DNA of 64,000 bases from Candidatus Krumholzibacteriota bacterium (GCA_963764625.1 CAVXTH010000005.1:128001-192000); one strand, 5' to 3'. Positions 43,826 through 53,939 are shown, counted from the first letter of the stretch. Translations and numbers: made by a program. Notes: generated from the letters alone by a model not told the origin.

Positions 43826-44548
43826 CTACAGAGACAGCCGCGAGGGATGGCGGGGCCGTTCCGCGCGGTTCCAGCTTCGTACGCAGATCGTCACCGCGGG
43901 AGCCAGAACCATGAGGAAGAGCAACCAGGGAAAGGTGGGAGGTCGTCCACCTTCCAGAATCGTGGCGGCAGGCCACATGAAGATTCCGACCAAGCTGAGC
44001 GCGGAGAGCCCGACCACGGCCCACTCCCAGCGGTGCACGCGGATCTTGCGGTAGCGGTCCCGCAGGCTGAAGATCGTCACCGAGGAAACCACCATGCACC
44101 CCGAGATCAGAATCGGCGCCCAGACTGGTCCCACCCAGGGCATGGGAGTGAGGAAGAGAATGTCCTCGGTGAACGGACTCGGGGGCCAGGCCAGCATCAC
44201 CCACAGCCACCCGTAGTAGAAGCTGTCCCAGATCCCGAATACGAAGAGGAAGGCGGCGAAGCGGCGCCAGGGATCGCGGGTCGTGAGCCAGGCCACGGAG
44301 AGAATCATGAGCAGAGTCGCCGATTCGCGCGCGATTTCGACCCAGGCGATGTGTTCGGGGATCACTTTGATGGGAAAGGCGAAGCCCTCGGGGTAGAAGA
44401 GGGCGCGCAGGTAGACCACCACCGAGGCTTCGAGTTGGGCCATGGCGATGGCGAAGATGAAGAGCCAGAGCAGCCGCCGGTACGTCGAGGGCGCCAGACG
44501 AGCGGCCGCGACCAACCATGGCAAGGGCTGACTGTTCGCTTTGGGCAT
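43826..44548 (-). CDS. Hypothetical integral membrane protein
   Basis: About 6 hydrophobic segments; AMAQLEASVVVYLR, EIARESATL, WDSFYY, DILFLTPMPWVGPVWAP; GGAGG SD. Confidence 0.8.
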   Translation of the reverse strand: MPKANSQPLPWLVAAARLAPSTYRRLLWLFIFAIAMAQLEASVVVYLRALFYPEGFAFPIKVIPEHIAWVEIARESATLLMILSVAWLTTRDPWRRFAAFLFVFGIWDSFYYGWLWVMLAWPPSPFTEDILFLTPMPWVGPVWAPILISGCMVVSSVTIFSLRDRYRKIRVHRWEWAVVGLSALSLVGIFMWPAATILEGGRPPTFPWLLFLMVLAPAVTICVRSWNRAERPRHPSRLSL

Positions 44549-44565
44549 GCGAACCTCCGAGAAGC

Positions 44566-44615
44566 CATGATATAGAGTAGGGGGCGTCCCCTAACGCCCC
44601 CTACTCTATATCATG
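44566..44615. terminator. Perfect 22-bp inverted repeat (6-nt loop) after rplQ; probable terminator or processing stem
   Basis: CATGATATAGAGTAGGGGGCGT-ccccta-ACGCCCCCTACTCTATATCATG; no U-tract on either side. Confidence 0.6.
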
Positions 44616-44631
44616 AACGGCCGAAGCAGGG

Positions 44632-45261
44632 CTAGGCGTCCTTGGTCTCTTCGTCCTGCGCGGGAGCAGCCTCGCCGTTCTCGGCCGCTTCCACCGGCTC
44701 CGCCTCTTCTGCTTTGGCCTTGGCTTTGGCTTTGGGCTTCGCTTTGGATTTTGCCTTGGGTTTGGCCTCGGCCTCGATCTCCGCCTCGTCCTCGGGCTTC
44801 GCCTTGGCTTTGGCCTTGCCCTTGGCCGGCGCCTTGGTCCGCTTGGACTTGGCCGGCTTGGCCGCGGTCTTGCTGCTGGCCCGCTTCTTCTTGGGCCGGT
44901 CCCCGTCCTTCACGAACTCCAGGAGAGACATCTCCGCCGCATCGCCTTTGCGAACTCCGGAGAGCTTCAGCACCCGCGTGAATCCGCCCGGGCGTTCCTT
45001 GTAGCGTGGTCCCAGCTCGTCGAAGAGTTTCCGCACCGCATCCTTGTCGTTGAGAATGCTCGCGACATGACGGCGCGCGTGAAGGTCACCCCGCTTGGCG
45101 AAGGTGATCATGCGCTCGGCCAGCCTTCGAGCTTCCTTGGCCCGAGGCGTGGTCGTCTTGATTCGCTCGTGAGTGATCAGAGCGATCACCAGATTCCGAT
45201 ACAGCGCCTTGCGGTGCGTGGCATCGATTCCCAGCTTACGCCCGTCAACCTTGTGTCGCAT
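44632..45261 (-). CDS. rplQ: 50S ribosomal protein bL17 with long Lys/Ala- and Glu-rich C-terminal tail
   Basis: MRH...RKLG...[28 protein letters not shown]. Confidence 0.98.
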   Translation of the reverse strand: MRHKVDGRKLGIDATHRKALYRNLVIALITHERIKTTTPRAKEARRLAERMITFAKRGDLHARRHVASILNDKDAVRKLFDELGPRYKERPGGFTRVLKLSGVRKGDAAEMSLLEFVKDGDRPKKKRASSKTAAKPAKSKRTKAPAKGKAKAKAKPEDEAEIEAEAKPKAKSKAKPKAKAKAKAEEAEPVEAAENGEAAPAQDEETKDA

Positions 45262-45288
45262 TACCGATCTTCCTCGCGCCTTAAATTC

Positions 45289-46302
45289 CTAGGAGGCAAC
45301 CGAGGCCGCCTCGTTTTCGCCTTTGACCAGACGAACGACTTCGTCCTCGAAACTCATGCCGAACCGCAATCCCATGCCCTCGAGGATTTCCCCGATTTCG
45401 TTGAGACTCTTGCGGCCGAAATTGCGAAACTTGAGCATTTCGCTCTCTGAACGGGTCACCAGATCGAAGATGCTATCGATATGGCCCGCCTTGAGACAAT
45501 TGGCCGACCTGACGGAAAGCTCGAGCTCGTCCACACTACGCTTGAGCATCTCGGCCAGCTTCTCGGTGTCCTCATCTACCTCGCTTTGAGGTTGATCGAT
45601 CGGCTCCTCGTCGAAGTTGATGAAGAGCTGCATGTGATCCTTGAGGATCTTGGCAGAATACGCCAAGGCGTCCTCGGGACTCACGCTGCCGTCGGTTTCG
45701 ATCTCCAAAATGAGGCGATCGTAGTCGGTCCGTTGCCCGACGCGCGTGTCCTCCACGCGGTACGCCACCTTGACCAGGGGCGAGTAGCTCGCGTCCAGTT
45801 TCATCACGCCGATGGACTCGTCGGGGATCTCGGTCTCCTCGCGATCGACATAACCCCGTCCGTAGTCCAGGTAGATCTGGGCCTTGAACACGCCGCCCTC
45901 AGCCAGAGTACAGATGATCTGATCCGGATTGACGATGCTCACGCCGGTGGCGCAGTTGATCATACCTGCGGTGACGGTGCCTTCCTGATCTGCTTCGAGA
46001 CTCATCCAACAGGGTTCGTCTCTGTCGAACTTGAACACGACCTGCTTGAAATTGAGCAGGATGTCCGTCACATCCTCGATCACGCCGGAAATGATGCTCA
46101 GTTCGTGGCGTACGCCTTCGATCTTTACCGCGGTGACCGCCGCGCCTTGGATGGCAGCCAACAGTGTCCGCCGGAAAGCGTTCCCGATGGTCAGGCCGAA
46201 GCCTCGCTCGAGGGGTTGAATCACCAACTGGGCGTTGTTCCCTTCGATCTTGCTCAGCTCGGGATCAATGCCTTTGGGCATCAAGAGGTTTTTCCACTTC
46301 AT
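45289..46302 (-). CDS. rpoA: RNA polymerase alpha subunit
   Basis: PLERGFGLTIGNAFRR, RVGQRTDYD, ELELSVRSANCL, NFGRKSL. Confidence 0.99.
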   Translation of the reverse strand: MKWKNLLMPKGIDPELSKIEGNNAQLVIQPLERGFGLTIGNAFRRTLLAAIQGAAVTAVKIEGVRHELSIISGVIEDVTDILLNFKQVVFKFDRDEPCWMSLEADQEGTVTAGMINCATGVSIVNPDQIICTLAEGGVFKAQIYLDYGRGYVDREETEIPDESIGVMKLDASYSPLVKVAYRVEDTRVGQRTDYDRLILEIETDGSVSPEDALAYSAKILKDHMQLFINFDEEPIDQPQSEVDEDTEKLAEMLKRSVDELELSVRSANCLKAGHIDSIFDLVTRSESEMLKFRNFGRKSLNEIGEILEGMGLRFGMSFEDEVVRLVKGENEAASVAS

Positions 46303-46362
46303 TCTCGCATCCCTCTTCCTTGATGGGCTAGTGGACGATCGTCGTTCCGCTCGTCTCGCGCA

Positions 46363-46995
46363 TTAGACCTTCGAATAGAGCTCGATGATCAGATTTTCCT
46401 GAATGGGAATCGGGAGATCACCCTTCGTGGGCTCCCGCAAGAGTTGTCCGCTGAACGAAGCAGCATCGAGTTCGGCGAAAGGCAGCGGGGTTCTGCGATT
46501 TGCCGACTTGATCGACTCCACGATCACCGGCATGTTCCGGCTCCGCTGTCGGATCGAAACCCTCGCACCCACGTCGACCGGCGCGCTGGCGATGTTGACC
46601 CTCTTGCCGTCCACAAGCACGTGATTGTGGTTCACGAGTTGGCGTGCGGCGTCGCGGCTCGGAGCCAGGCCGAGACGATAGACCACGTTATCCAAACGCG
46701 TCTCCAGGATCTGAAAGAGATTTCCTCCCGTCTCGCCACGGCGTCGCGTCGCTTCGGCAAAATTCCGGCGGAATTGCCGCTCCAGAACACCATAGATCGA
46801 GCGCACCTTCTGCTTCTCGCGAAGCTGGAGTTTGTACTCCGAGGGCTTGCTCTGCCGACGACGGCCGTGCTCGCCGGGCCCATAGGGGCGCTTCTCCACC
46901 GCGCACTTGTCGCTGAAGCAGCGCTCACCCTTGAGAAAAAGCTGCATGCCTTCGCGGCGGCAGAGCTTACACTTCGGGTCGAGATACCGTGCCAT
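46363..46995 (-). CDS. rpsD: 30S ribosomal protein uS4 (Cys-containing form)
   Basis: CKLCRREG...RCFSDKC, QLREKQK, LETRLDNVVYRLG, IIELYSK. Confidence 0.99.
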   Translation of the reverse strand: MARYLDPKCKLCRREGMQLFLKGERCFSDKCAVEKRPYGPGEHGRRRQSKPSEYKLQLREKQKVRSIYGVLERQFRRNFAEATRRRGETGGNLFQILETRLDNVVYRLGLAPSRDAARQLVNHNHVLVDGKRVNIASAPVDVGARVSIRQRSRNMPVIVESIKSANRRTPLPFAELDAASFSGQLLREPTKGDLPIPIQENLIIELYSKV

Positions 46996-47058
46996 CTGTC
47001 CGTACTACCTCCGGCCGTTCCTCTTTGGAAACGACATCGAGAATGATTGTCCTGCCGA

Positions 47059-47445
47059 CTATCGGCGCCTGCGGGGCTGGCGGGTGCCGTTGTGCGGCAC
47101 CGCGGTCACGTCCTTGATCCGCGCGACTTCGAGGCCCGAGGATTTCAGGCTGCGGATCGCTGCCTCGCGACCACTACCCGGCCCCTTCACCCAGATCTCG
47201 ACCTTCTTCATGCCCATTTGCTGCACTTCGTCAGCGCATTGACGCGCGGCCATCTGCGCGGCATAGGCAGTGCTCTTGCGCGAACCCTTGTTTCCCACTT
47301 TTCCGCCGCTGTTCCAGGCGACGACGTTGCCGGCGGTATCGGTGATAGTGATGATCGTGTTGTTAAAACTCGATTTCACGTGGGCAACACCGAACGCGTC
47401 GACCTTCTTTTTGACTTTTCTACTCTTGCCCTTCTTGGCAACCAC
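47059..47445 (-). CDS. rpsK: 30S ribosomal protein uS11
   Basis: [30 protein letters not shown]. Confidence 0.99.
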   Translation of the reverse strand: MVAKKGKSRKVKKKVDAFGVAHVKSSFNNTIITITDTAGNVVAWNSGGKVGNKGSRKSTAYAAQMAARQCADEVQQMGMKKVEIWVKGPGSGREAAIRSLKSSGLEVARIKDVTAVPHNGTRQPRRRR

Positions 47446-47500
47446 GCTTCCTCCTAACGAGTCCTACCGATTTCGGGGTAGGGGTCTTGGCGCGAACGCC

Positions 47501-47869
47501 CTAGCTTTTCTTGGCGCCCGGCCGAGACTTGGGTCCCTTGCGGGTACGCGCATTGTTCTTCGTGTTCTGGCCGCGGGCCGGAAGGTGCCGGCGGTGACGC
47601 AATCCCCGATAGCAGCCGATGTCCTCGAGGCGCTGAATGTTCATCGAGGTTTCAGCCCGAAGCGCGCCCTCGACCTGGTAATCCTTCTCGATCAGGTTTC
47701 GAATGAGCTTGGATTGCTCTTCCGATAGATCCTTCGTTTTCACTTCGGTGTCGACCTGACACTTCTCGCAGATCTTGCGAGCGCGCGTCGGGCCGATTCC
47801 ATAGATGTACGTCAACGAGGTCACGATCCGCTTCTCGTTGGGAATGTCGACTCCGGCAATGCGTGCCAC
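47501..47869 (-). CDS. rpsM: 30S ribosomal protein uS13
   Basis: [36 protein letters not shown]. Confidence 0.99.
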   Translation of the reverse strand: MARIAGVDIPNEKRIVTSLTYIYGIGPTRARKICEKCQVDTEVKTKDLSEEQSKLIRNLIEKDYQVEGALRAETSMNIQRLEDIGCYRGLRHRRHLPARGQNTKNNARTRKGPKSRPGAKKS

Positions 47870-47930
47870 CTGATGGCTCCTTTCCGCGCGCCGCTCTCAT
47901 CGGCGCGGTAGCGATTCTCGCTACTGAAGA

Positions 47931-48044
47931 CTAGCCCTGCCGCTGTACGTGGCGGCGGTTCTCGCAGATCACTCGCACCTTTCCATTGCGTCGGATGATC
48001 TTGCACTTGTCACAGATTTTCTTGACGGACGCGCGCACTTTCAT
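47931..48044 (-). CDS. rpmJ: 50S ribosomal protein bL36 (zinc-ribbon form)
   Basis: Below the ORF cutoff; manual translation [37 protein letters not shown]. Confidence 0.98.
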   Translation of the reverse strand: MKVRASVKKICDKCKIIRRNGKVRVICENRRHVQRQG

Positions 48045-48052
48045 GGCATCCC

Positions 48053-48271
48053 TCACTTGTAGCGGTAGACGATTCGTCCGCGGGTCAGGTCGTACGGAGA
48101 AAGCTCCAGCGTGACTTTGTCCCCCGGAAGGATCCGGATGAAATGCATGCGCATCTTCCCCGATACGTGGGCCAACACTACATGCTTGTTCTCGAGCTCG
48201 ACACGAAACATGGCGTTGGGCAGAGCCTCCACCACGGTTCCTTCGACTGAAATTGATTCCTCTTTGGCCAT
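48053..48271 (-). CDS. infA: Translation initiation factor IF-1
   Basis: [39 protein letters not shown]. Confidence 0.99.
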   Translation of the reverse strand: MAKEESISVEGTVVEALPNAMFRVELENKHVVLAHVSGKMRMHFIRILPGDKVTLELSPYDLTRGRIVYRYK

Positions 48272-48303
48272 ATCCTCTTACGCTTCCTTCGGCGACCGTG
48301 GCT

Positions 48304-49071
48304 TCATCGAGCCGTCAAGACTTTCGGGCCCTCGTCCGTGATCGCCACCGTGTGCTCATAGTGAGCCGATCTCGTCCTGTCCGCCGTCACCACGGTCCAC
48401 TCATCAGGAAGCGTCAGGACCTCCTTGCCGCCCAAATTGAACATGGGTTCGATCGCGAGCACCAAGCCCACCTCGAGTTTGGGATTCGGCATCGTCATGC
48501 ACTCGTAGTTCGGCACCTGTGGATCTTCGTGGAGCGAGGTTCCGATTCCGTGCCCGACGAGCTGTTCGACTATGCCGTAGCCCTTTTCCTTCGCGTGCTT
48601 CTCGACCGCTCGGCCGATGTCCGCAATGCGGTTCCCTACCACGCAGGCGTCCAAGCCCGCCAGGAGTCCGCGTTTGGTCGTCTCGCACAGCTCCACGAAT
48701 TCCGGCTCGACCTCGCCCACCATGAAGGTCTCGGCACTGTCCGAGTGCCACCCGTTCTGGATGAGACCGATGTCCATGCCCACGATATCGCCGTCCTCGA
48801 TGACCCTATCGCCGGGGATACCATGAACGACTTCCTCGTTGATCGAGATGCACACCGAAGCGGGATACCCGTGGTAGCCCTTGAACGACGGGATGCAGTT
48901 CATGTCCCGAATCCACTTCTCCACCTTGCGGTCCAGTTCGATGGTCTTGACGCCCGGGCAAACCTCGTCATCCCGCAGGCGCAGAAAGACCTGCGCCAAG
49001 CTTCTGCCCGCGGCGGCCATGAGGTCGATCTCGCGCGAGCTCTTGAGATTAATCGACTGCGTCCAAGACAC
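48304..49071 (-). CDS. map: Methionine aminopeptidase type I
   Basis: [40 protein letters not shown]. Confidence 0.98.
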   Translation of the reverse strand: MSWTQSINLKSSREIDLMAAAGRSLAQVFLRLRDDEVCPGVKTIELDRKVEKWIRDMNCIPSFKGYHGYPASVCISINEEVVHGIPGDRVIEDGDIVGMDIGLIQNGWHSDSAETFMVGEVEPEFVELCETTKRGLLAGLDACVVGNRIADIGRAVEKHAKEKGYGIVEQLVGHGIGTSLHEDPQVPNYECMTMPNPKLEVGLVLAIEPMFNLGGKEVLTLPDEWTVVTADRTRSAHYEHTVAITDEGPKVLTAR

Positions 49072-49618
49072 TTTCTATCCGTTCCGCTATGTCTTCGATC
49101 GAACCCACCCCGTCGATGTCGACGATGTCCACGCCTTGGCTCTCCAGATAGCGCAGAACGGGTTCGGTCTGTTCTTCGTAGACCTTCAGCCGGTGCTGAA
49201 TGGTCTCTCTCGTATCGTCCGTACGGCCTCTCAAAAGCAGCCGCTCGACGATCGTCTCGTCGGGCACCCTGAGCAGAAGAGCCGCCTCGACGCCTCTTCC
49301 GCCGCCCTCGACCAGCAAGGCCAGAAGCGCCTCGGCCTGCGGCACCGTTCTCGGATAGCCATCCAGCATGAATCCACGCTTGACGCCATCCTCGGCCAAC
49401 CGCATGGCGACCAGTTCGAGCATGAGCTCGTCGCCGACCAGATTTCCGCTTTCCACCACCGCCTTGACCCGCTGACCGACTGCGCTGCCGGTCCTCATGG
49501 CCTCGCGAAGGATCTCGCCGGTGGAGACGTGATCCAGACCTCGCTTGGCACAAATCCTGGCGGCCTGAGTTCCCTTACCGGAGCCCGGAGGACCCATGAT
49601 GAGCACTCGCTTGGCCAT
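49049..49618 (-). CDS. adk: Adenylate kinase (short-LID type)
   Basis: GPPGSGKGTQA, STGEILR, LDGYPRT, RGRTDD. Confidence 0.98.
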   Translation of the reverse strand: MAKRVLIMGPPGSGKGTQAARICAKRGLDHVSTGEILREAMRTGSAVGQRVKAVVESGNLVGDELMLELVAMRLAEDGVKRGFMLDGYPRTVPQAEALLALLVEGGGRGVEAALLLRVPDETIVERLLLRGRTDDTRETIQHRLKVYEEQTEPVLRYLESQGVDIVDIDGVGSIEDIAERIESVLDAVD

Positions 49619-49628
49619 CTTTCTTTTC

Positions 49629-50945
49629 CTAACGCCGTCCCCGCAGCTTGCCCTTCTTCATGAAGCCATCGTAGTGGCGCATGAGAAGGTGGCTTTCGAT
49701 CTGCTGCAGAGTGTCCAGAGTCACGCCAACGACGATCAGCAGCCCTGTACCTCCGAAATAGAACGGGACATGCGCCTGACGAATCAGGATGTCAGGCAGC
49801 ACCGCAATCGCAGCCAGGAAAATCGAACCGGGCAGAGTCACTCGCGTGAGGACCCGGTCGATGTACTCCGCAGTCCTCTTTCCCGGACGGATACCGGGAA
49901 TGAAGCCCCCGTACTTCTTCATGTTGTCCGCGAGATCGACCGGATTCAGCACGACTGCGGTGTAGAAGTACGAGAAGAAAATGATGATGATCGAGTAGAT
50001 CCCGATGTAAACCGGGGCCCCGGGCCGGAAGATCCCCGCAATGGCCATCATGGCCGGACTGTTGGGGAAATAGTTCGCCAGGGTCGCTGGTAGCATGATG
50101 ATCGACTGGGCAAAGATGATCGGGATCACTCCGGCCGTGTTCACTTTCAAGGGAATGTGCGTCTGCGCGCCCCCATACATCCGTCGGCCGACCATCTTCT
50201 TGGCGTATTGCACCGGAATCCGTCGTTGGCCCTGCGTGATCAGAATGATGGCGGCGATCACTGCTACCATGAAGATCAACAGGACGACCAGCTTGAAATA
50301 GTGCATCTCTCCCAGCTTCAACTGCTGGATCGTGCGCAGGACGTCCGAGGGATACCGCGCGATGATTCCGATCGTGATGATCAGGGAGATTCCGTTGCCG
50401 ATTCCCCGGTCGGTGATCTGTTCGCCCAACCACATCACGAAGACGGTTCCAGTGACCAGCGTGCTCACGGTTACGATCTTAAAGAGCATGCCGGGATGCG
50501 GGACCACGGGTTCGCCGGCGATGCCCTTGAGAGAGGACAGGAAGATGCTGATTCCCACGGCCTGAATGAAGGCCAGTCCCACCGTGCCGTAGCGAGTGTA
50601 CTGGGTGATCTTCTTGCGGCCCTCCTCGCCCTCTTTGGCCAGCCGCTCGAAATAGGGAACGACCGCCTGTAAGAGCTGCAGGATGATGCTCGCCGAGATG
50701 TAGGGCATGATTCCCAGGGCGAAGATGGTGGCCTTGGAGAAGTTGCCTCCGGCAAACATATCGTAGAGGCCCAAGAGCCCCCCGGCCTGAGCCGCGAAAA
50801 AGCCACGCAGAGCGGAGCTGTCGATCCCGGGCGTAACGATGTGTCCACCCAACCGGTATATGATCAGAATCCCGGCCGTGAACAGGATCCGGCGCTTGAG
50901 CTCCGGAATCCTGAACATGTTCTGATAGCCCTCTGTGAGCTTCAC
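49629..50945 (-). CDS. secY: Preprotein translocase SecY
   Basis: FALGIMPYISASII, GIGNGISL, AGVIPIIFA, FIPGIRPG, FGGTGLLIVVGV. Confidence 0.99.
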   Translation of the reverse strand: MKLTEGYQNMFRIPELKRRILFTAGILIIYRLGGHIVTPGIDSSALRGFFAAQAGGLLGLYDMFAGGNFSKATIFALGIMPYISASIILQLLQAVVPYFERLAKEGEEGRKKITQYTRYGTVGLAFIQAVGISIFLSSLKGIAGEPVVPHPGMLFKIVTVSTLVTGTVFVMWLGEQITDRGIGNGISLIITIGIIARYPSDVLRTIQQLKLGEMHYFKLVVLLIFMVAVIAAIILITQGQRRIPVQYAKKMVGRRMYGGAQTHIPLKVNTAGVIPIIFAQSIIMLPATLANYFPNSPAMMAIAGIFRPGAPVYIGIYSIIIIFFSYFYTAVVLNPVDLADNMKKYGGFIPGIRPGKRTAEYIDRVLTRVTLPGSIFLAAIAVLPDILIRQAHVPFYFGGTGLLIVVGVTLDTLQQIESHLLMRHYDGFMKKGKLRGRR

Positions 50946-50966
50946 GCTCGAGTCCTTCCCGGAAAC

Positions 50967-51416
50967 CTAGTCGGCTTCCTTCACCGTGACCTGTCCGCCG
51001 GCGGCTGAGATCGCGTCGATGGCGGCCTTGCTGGCTCGATCCACTTCCACCTTGTATGCACGTTCGATCGCACCGTCGGCCAAGAGCTTAACTGGCTGGT
51101 CCGGCCGATGGATCAATCCCGCTTCGTAGAGAATCTTCGCGTTCACGGTGAGTTCCTCGCCCAGCCGCGTCAAATCTCGCAGGTTGATGATCTGGTAGGT
51201 CTTGGCGAAGGGATTCTTGAATCCGCGCTTGGGCACGCGTCGGTTGAGCGGCATCTGCCCACCCTCGAACCAAGGACGGTGCTTGGCACCCGAGCGTGCC
51301 TTTTGACCTTTGTGTCCCTTGCCCGCCGTCTTGCCATTGCCCGTACCCAGGCCTCGACCCTTGGGCGGCTTGGGCTTTCTGTACCCCGCGGGGCGGGAAA
51401 TCTCGTTCAGCTTCAT
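50967..51416 (-). CDS. rplO: 50S ribosomal protein uL15
   Basis: GRG.G.G.GKTAGKGHKGQKARSG, FEGGQMPL.RR.PKRGF. Confidence 0.99.
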   Translation of the reverse strand: MKLNEISRPAGYRKPKPPKGRGLGTGNGKTAGKGHKGQKARSGAKHRPWFEGGQMPLNRRVPKRGFKNPFAKTYQIINLRDLTRLGEELTVNAKILYEAGLIHRPDQPVKLLADGAIERAYKVEVDRASKAAIDAISAAGGQVTVKEAD

Positions 51417-51419
51417 CGG

Positions 51420-51605
51420 CTATTCCTCCACCGTCTCCACCCGCACCAGATGGGGGATCTTCTTGCACATCCCCATGATGGTGGGAGAGTCGTCATGCAC
51501 TACGCTGGTCTGGTTGCGCCGAAGGCCCAGCGCCACCAGGATGCGTTTCTGCTTTTCAGGGCGGTCGATGCCGCTGCGAACTTGTGTGATCTTGATTCGC
51601 GCCAT
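51420..51605 (-). CDS. rpmD: 50S ribosomal protein uL30
   Basis: IKITQVRS.I, ALGLRR, GM..KI.HLV. Confidence 0.97.
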   Translation of the reverse strand: MARIKITQVRSGIDRPEKQKRILVALGLRRNQTSVVHDDSPTIMGMCKKIPHLVRVETVEE

Positions 51606-51608
51606 GAG

Positions 51609-52298
51609 CTATTCCTCTGCCTGTTCGGAGCTGACCGGTGCCTCCGCCGACTTCGCTTTCGCGGGGCCTCCCCCGCGCAAACCGTAAATCTCCGGTACGC
51701 TCAAACCGCGTTTGGCCGCCATCCGCTCCGCGGTGCGAAGCTCACTGATTCCGACCATGGTGGCCCGCACCACGTTGTGCGGGTTGTTGCTGCCGAGCTG
51801 CTTGGTGAGAATGTCGACCACCCCCGCCACGCTCAGGATCGCGCGAACTCCTCCCGCCGCGATCACTCCCGTACCGGGGGCCGCGGGTTTGAGCATGACC
51901 CGGCCCGCGCCGAAACGGCCGATGACCCGATGGGGGATGGTTCCGCCGATCATGGGAATCTTCACCTGGTTCCGCTTCGCGTTCTCGCTGGCCTTCCGGA
52001 TGGCGTCGGCGATTTCGTTGGCCTTTCCCAGACCCACTCCCACCGAGCCCTTTCCGTCGCCGACCGCGACGATGGCATTGAAGCTGAAACGACGACCACC
52101 CTTGACCACTTTGGCCACGCGGTTGATGTGAATCACCTGCTCGAGCAAATCACTGGTCTTCTCGCCGCGGTTCTGCGTTCCGCGACCTCCGGGCCCGCGG
52201 CCGCCGCCGGGTCCACGACCACCGGGACCGCCTCCTCCGGGGCCACCGCGCCGTTGAGGTCCTCCAGGACCGCTCGGCCCTCTGCTGGGTCCAGCCAC
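51609..52298 (-). CDS. rpsE: 30S ribosomal protein uS5 with Gly/Pro/Arg-rich N-terminal extension
   Basis: [33 protein letters not shown]-like, [13 protein letters not shown]. Confidence 0.98.
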   Translation of the reverse strand: MAGPSRGPSGPGGPQRRGGPGGGGPGGRGPGGGRGPGGRGTQNRGEKTSDLLEQVIHINRVAKVVKGGRRFSFNAIVAVGDGKGSVGVGLGKANEIADAIRKASENAKRNQVKIPMIGGTIPHRVIGRFGAGRVMLKPAAPGTGVIAAGGVRAILSVAGVVDILTKQLGSNNPHNVVRATMVGISELRTAERMAAKRGLSVPEIYGLRGGGPAKAKSAEAPVSSEQAEE

Positions 52299-52308
52299 GT
52301 GTGTCCTC

Positions 52309-52683
52309 CTAGAACTTGAGACCGCCCTCGCGGGCGCCCTTCGCCAGGGCCGCTACGCGGCCGTGGAACTTGAAACCGCCACGATCGAAGACAACGTTCG
52401 TGACACCTTTATCGTTCGCCCGCTTCGCCAGTTCAATGCCGACGGAGCGCGCGGTCGCGCACTTCTGGCCTTCACCCTTCTCCGGCTTGGGTGCTTTCAA
52501 CTTGATCGAGCTGGCTGCGGCCAAGGTCGTACCGGACTCGTCGTCGACGATCTGGGCAAAGATATGCCGATGACCCCGGAACACGGACAGCCGCGGGCAC
52601 TGCGCGTTCCCCGAAACTTTCTTGCGCACCCGTTGCTTACGACGGATGCGAGCGTCTCGCTTGCCCTTTGCATTCTCCTTCAT
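52309..52683 (-). CDS. rplR: 50S ribosomal protein uL18
   Basis: [34 protein letters not shown]. Confidence 0.98.
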   Translation of the reverse strand: MKENAKGKRDARIRRKQRVRKKVSGNAQCPRLSVFRGHRHIFAQIVDDESGTTLAAASSIKLKAPKPEKGEGQKCATARSVGIELAKRANDKGVTNVVFDRGGFKFHGRVAALAKGAREGGLKF

Positions 52684-52712
52684 GACGCCTCTATCTCCTG
52701 GATCCTGCTTGC

Positions 52713-53255
52713 TTAGGACTTGGCGGCGACCTTACCGGCCTTGCGCCGAATCTTCTCGTCGCGATACCGAACTCCCTTGCCCTTGTAGGGTTCGGGGGGA
52801 CGGAATTCGCGGATCTCGGCCGCTACCTGGCCTACCTTCTGTTTGTCGATTCCCGACACCACGATGTGGGTGGGGTCGGGAGTCTGAATGTCGATTCCTT
52901 CGGGAAGCACGTAGTCGATGGGATGCGAATGTCCGAGTTGGAGATTCAGCACCTTACCCTTCGCTTCGGCTTTGTATCCCACTCCCACGATGTCGAGGGC
53001 CTTTCTGAACCCTTCCGTCACTCCTTGCACCTGATTGGCGACGAGTGACCGAACCAGTCCGTGCCGCGCGCGCATGTGCGGCGCGTCCGAAGTTCTCGAG
53101 CATTGAATGGCGTCGCCTTCGATCTTGACCTCGATCCCCTCAGGAAGATGCTGACGCAACTCACCCTTGGGACCCTTCACGATCGAAACTCCGTCTTCGA
53201 TGCGTAGCTCCACTCCGCTGGGAATGGGAATGGGCTTCAGTCCTACGCGCGACAT
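52713..53255 (-). CDS. rplF: 50S ribosomal protein uL6
   Basis: [26 protein letters not shown]; AGGAGG SD before ATG 53255. Confidence 0.99.
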   Translation of the reverse strand: MSRVGLKPIPIPSGVELRIEDGVSIVKGPKGELRQHLPEGIEVKIEGDAIQCSRTSDAPHMRARHGLVRSLVANQVQGVTEGFRKALDIVGVGYKAEAKGKVLNLQLGHSHPIDYVLPEGIDIQTPDPTHIVVSGIDKQKVGQVAAEIREFRPPEPYKGKGVRYRDEKIRRKAGKVAAKS

Positions 53256-53316
53256 GTTTCCTCCTGCCATCCCGTCATCGGGGATGCGAATCTCCGTGAG
53301 CACCGACTCGCGCTCA

Positions 53317-53712
53317 CTACCAAACCTTGCAGAGAACCTCTCCACCCACACCCATCATCCGTGCCTCGTGACCGGTGAGGATTCCCCGGGACGTCGAGAG
53401 AATCGAGGTGCCGTAGCCGCCGAGAACCTTGGGGATCTCGTTCTTGGCCGCGTAGATACGCAGCCCCGGCCGGCTCACTCGCTGAATTCCCTCGATGACC
53501 GGGTCTTTGTCCTCGGTGTACTTGATGTAGATCCTGATCACGCCCTGCGGACCTTCATCGATGAATTTCACGCTTCGCACATAGCCTTCGCGAAGCAAAA
53601 GTTCGGCAATCGCCTTCTTCACCCGCGAAGCCGGAACGTCGACGCGACGGAACCTGGCCTTCTGGGCGTTGCGAATCCGAGTTAGCATATCCGCGATGGG
53701 ATCGGTCATCAT
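53317..53712 (-). CDS. rpsH: 30S ribosomal protein uS8
   Basis: MTDPIADMLTRIRNA, SRPGLRIY, GGEVLC.VW. Confidence 0.99.
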   Translation of the reverse strand: MMTDPIADMLTRIRNAQKARFRRVDVPASRVKKAIAELLLREGYVRSVKFIDEGPQGVIRIYIKYTEDKDPVIEGIQRVSRPGLRIYAAKNEIPKVLGGYGTSILSTSRGILTGHEARMMGVGGEVLCKVW

Positions 53713-53729
53713 CGTGTGTTGCCTCTCTT

Positions 53730-53915
53730 TTACCAGCTCGACTTGACCACGCCGGGAATGTCGCCCTTCAGCGCCAGCTCCCGGAAGCAGATCCTGCACA
53801 TACCAAATTTACGGAGGTAGGCGCGAGGCCTTCCGCACCGACGGCAGCGGTTATAAGCCCGTACTCCGTACTTGGCCTTCCGCCGGGATTTGACGATGAG
53901 ACACTTCTTAGCCAC
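53730..53915 (-). CDS. rpsN: 30S ribosomal protein uS14, type Z (zinc-binding)
   Basis: 61 aa; RCRRCGRPR...[16 protein letters not shown]. Confidence 0.98.
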   Translation of the reverse strand: MAKKCLIVKSRRKAKYGVRAYNRCRRCGRPRAYLRKFGMCRICFRELALKGDIPGVVKSSW

Positions 53916-53939
53916 GTTCGCGTCCTCGCTTCCTGATAC

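Noticed and set aside
46363-53915. Zinc-binding (C+) forms of uS4, bL36 and uS14 and short-LID adenylate kinase
   Set aside because: These are common, well-known variants; useful only as lineage descriptors.
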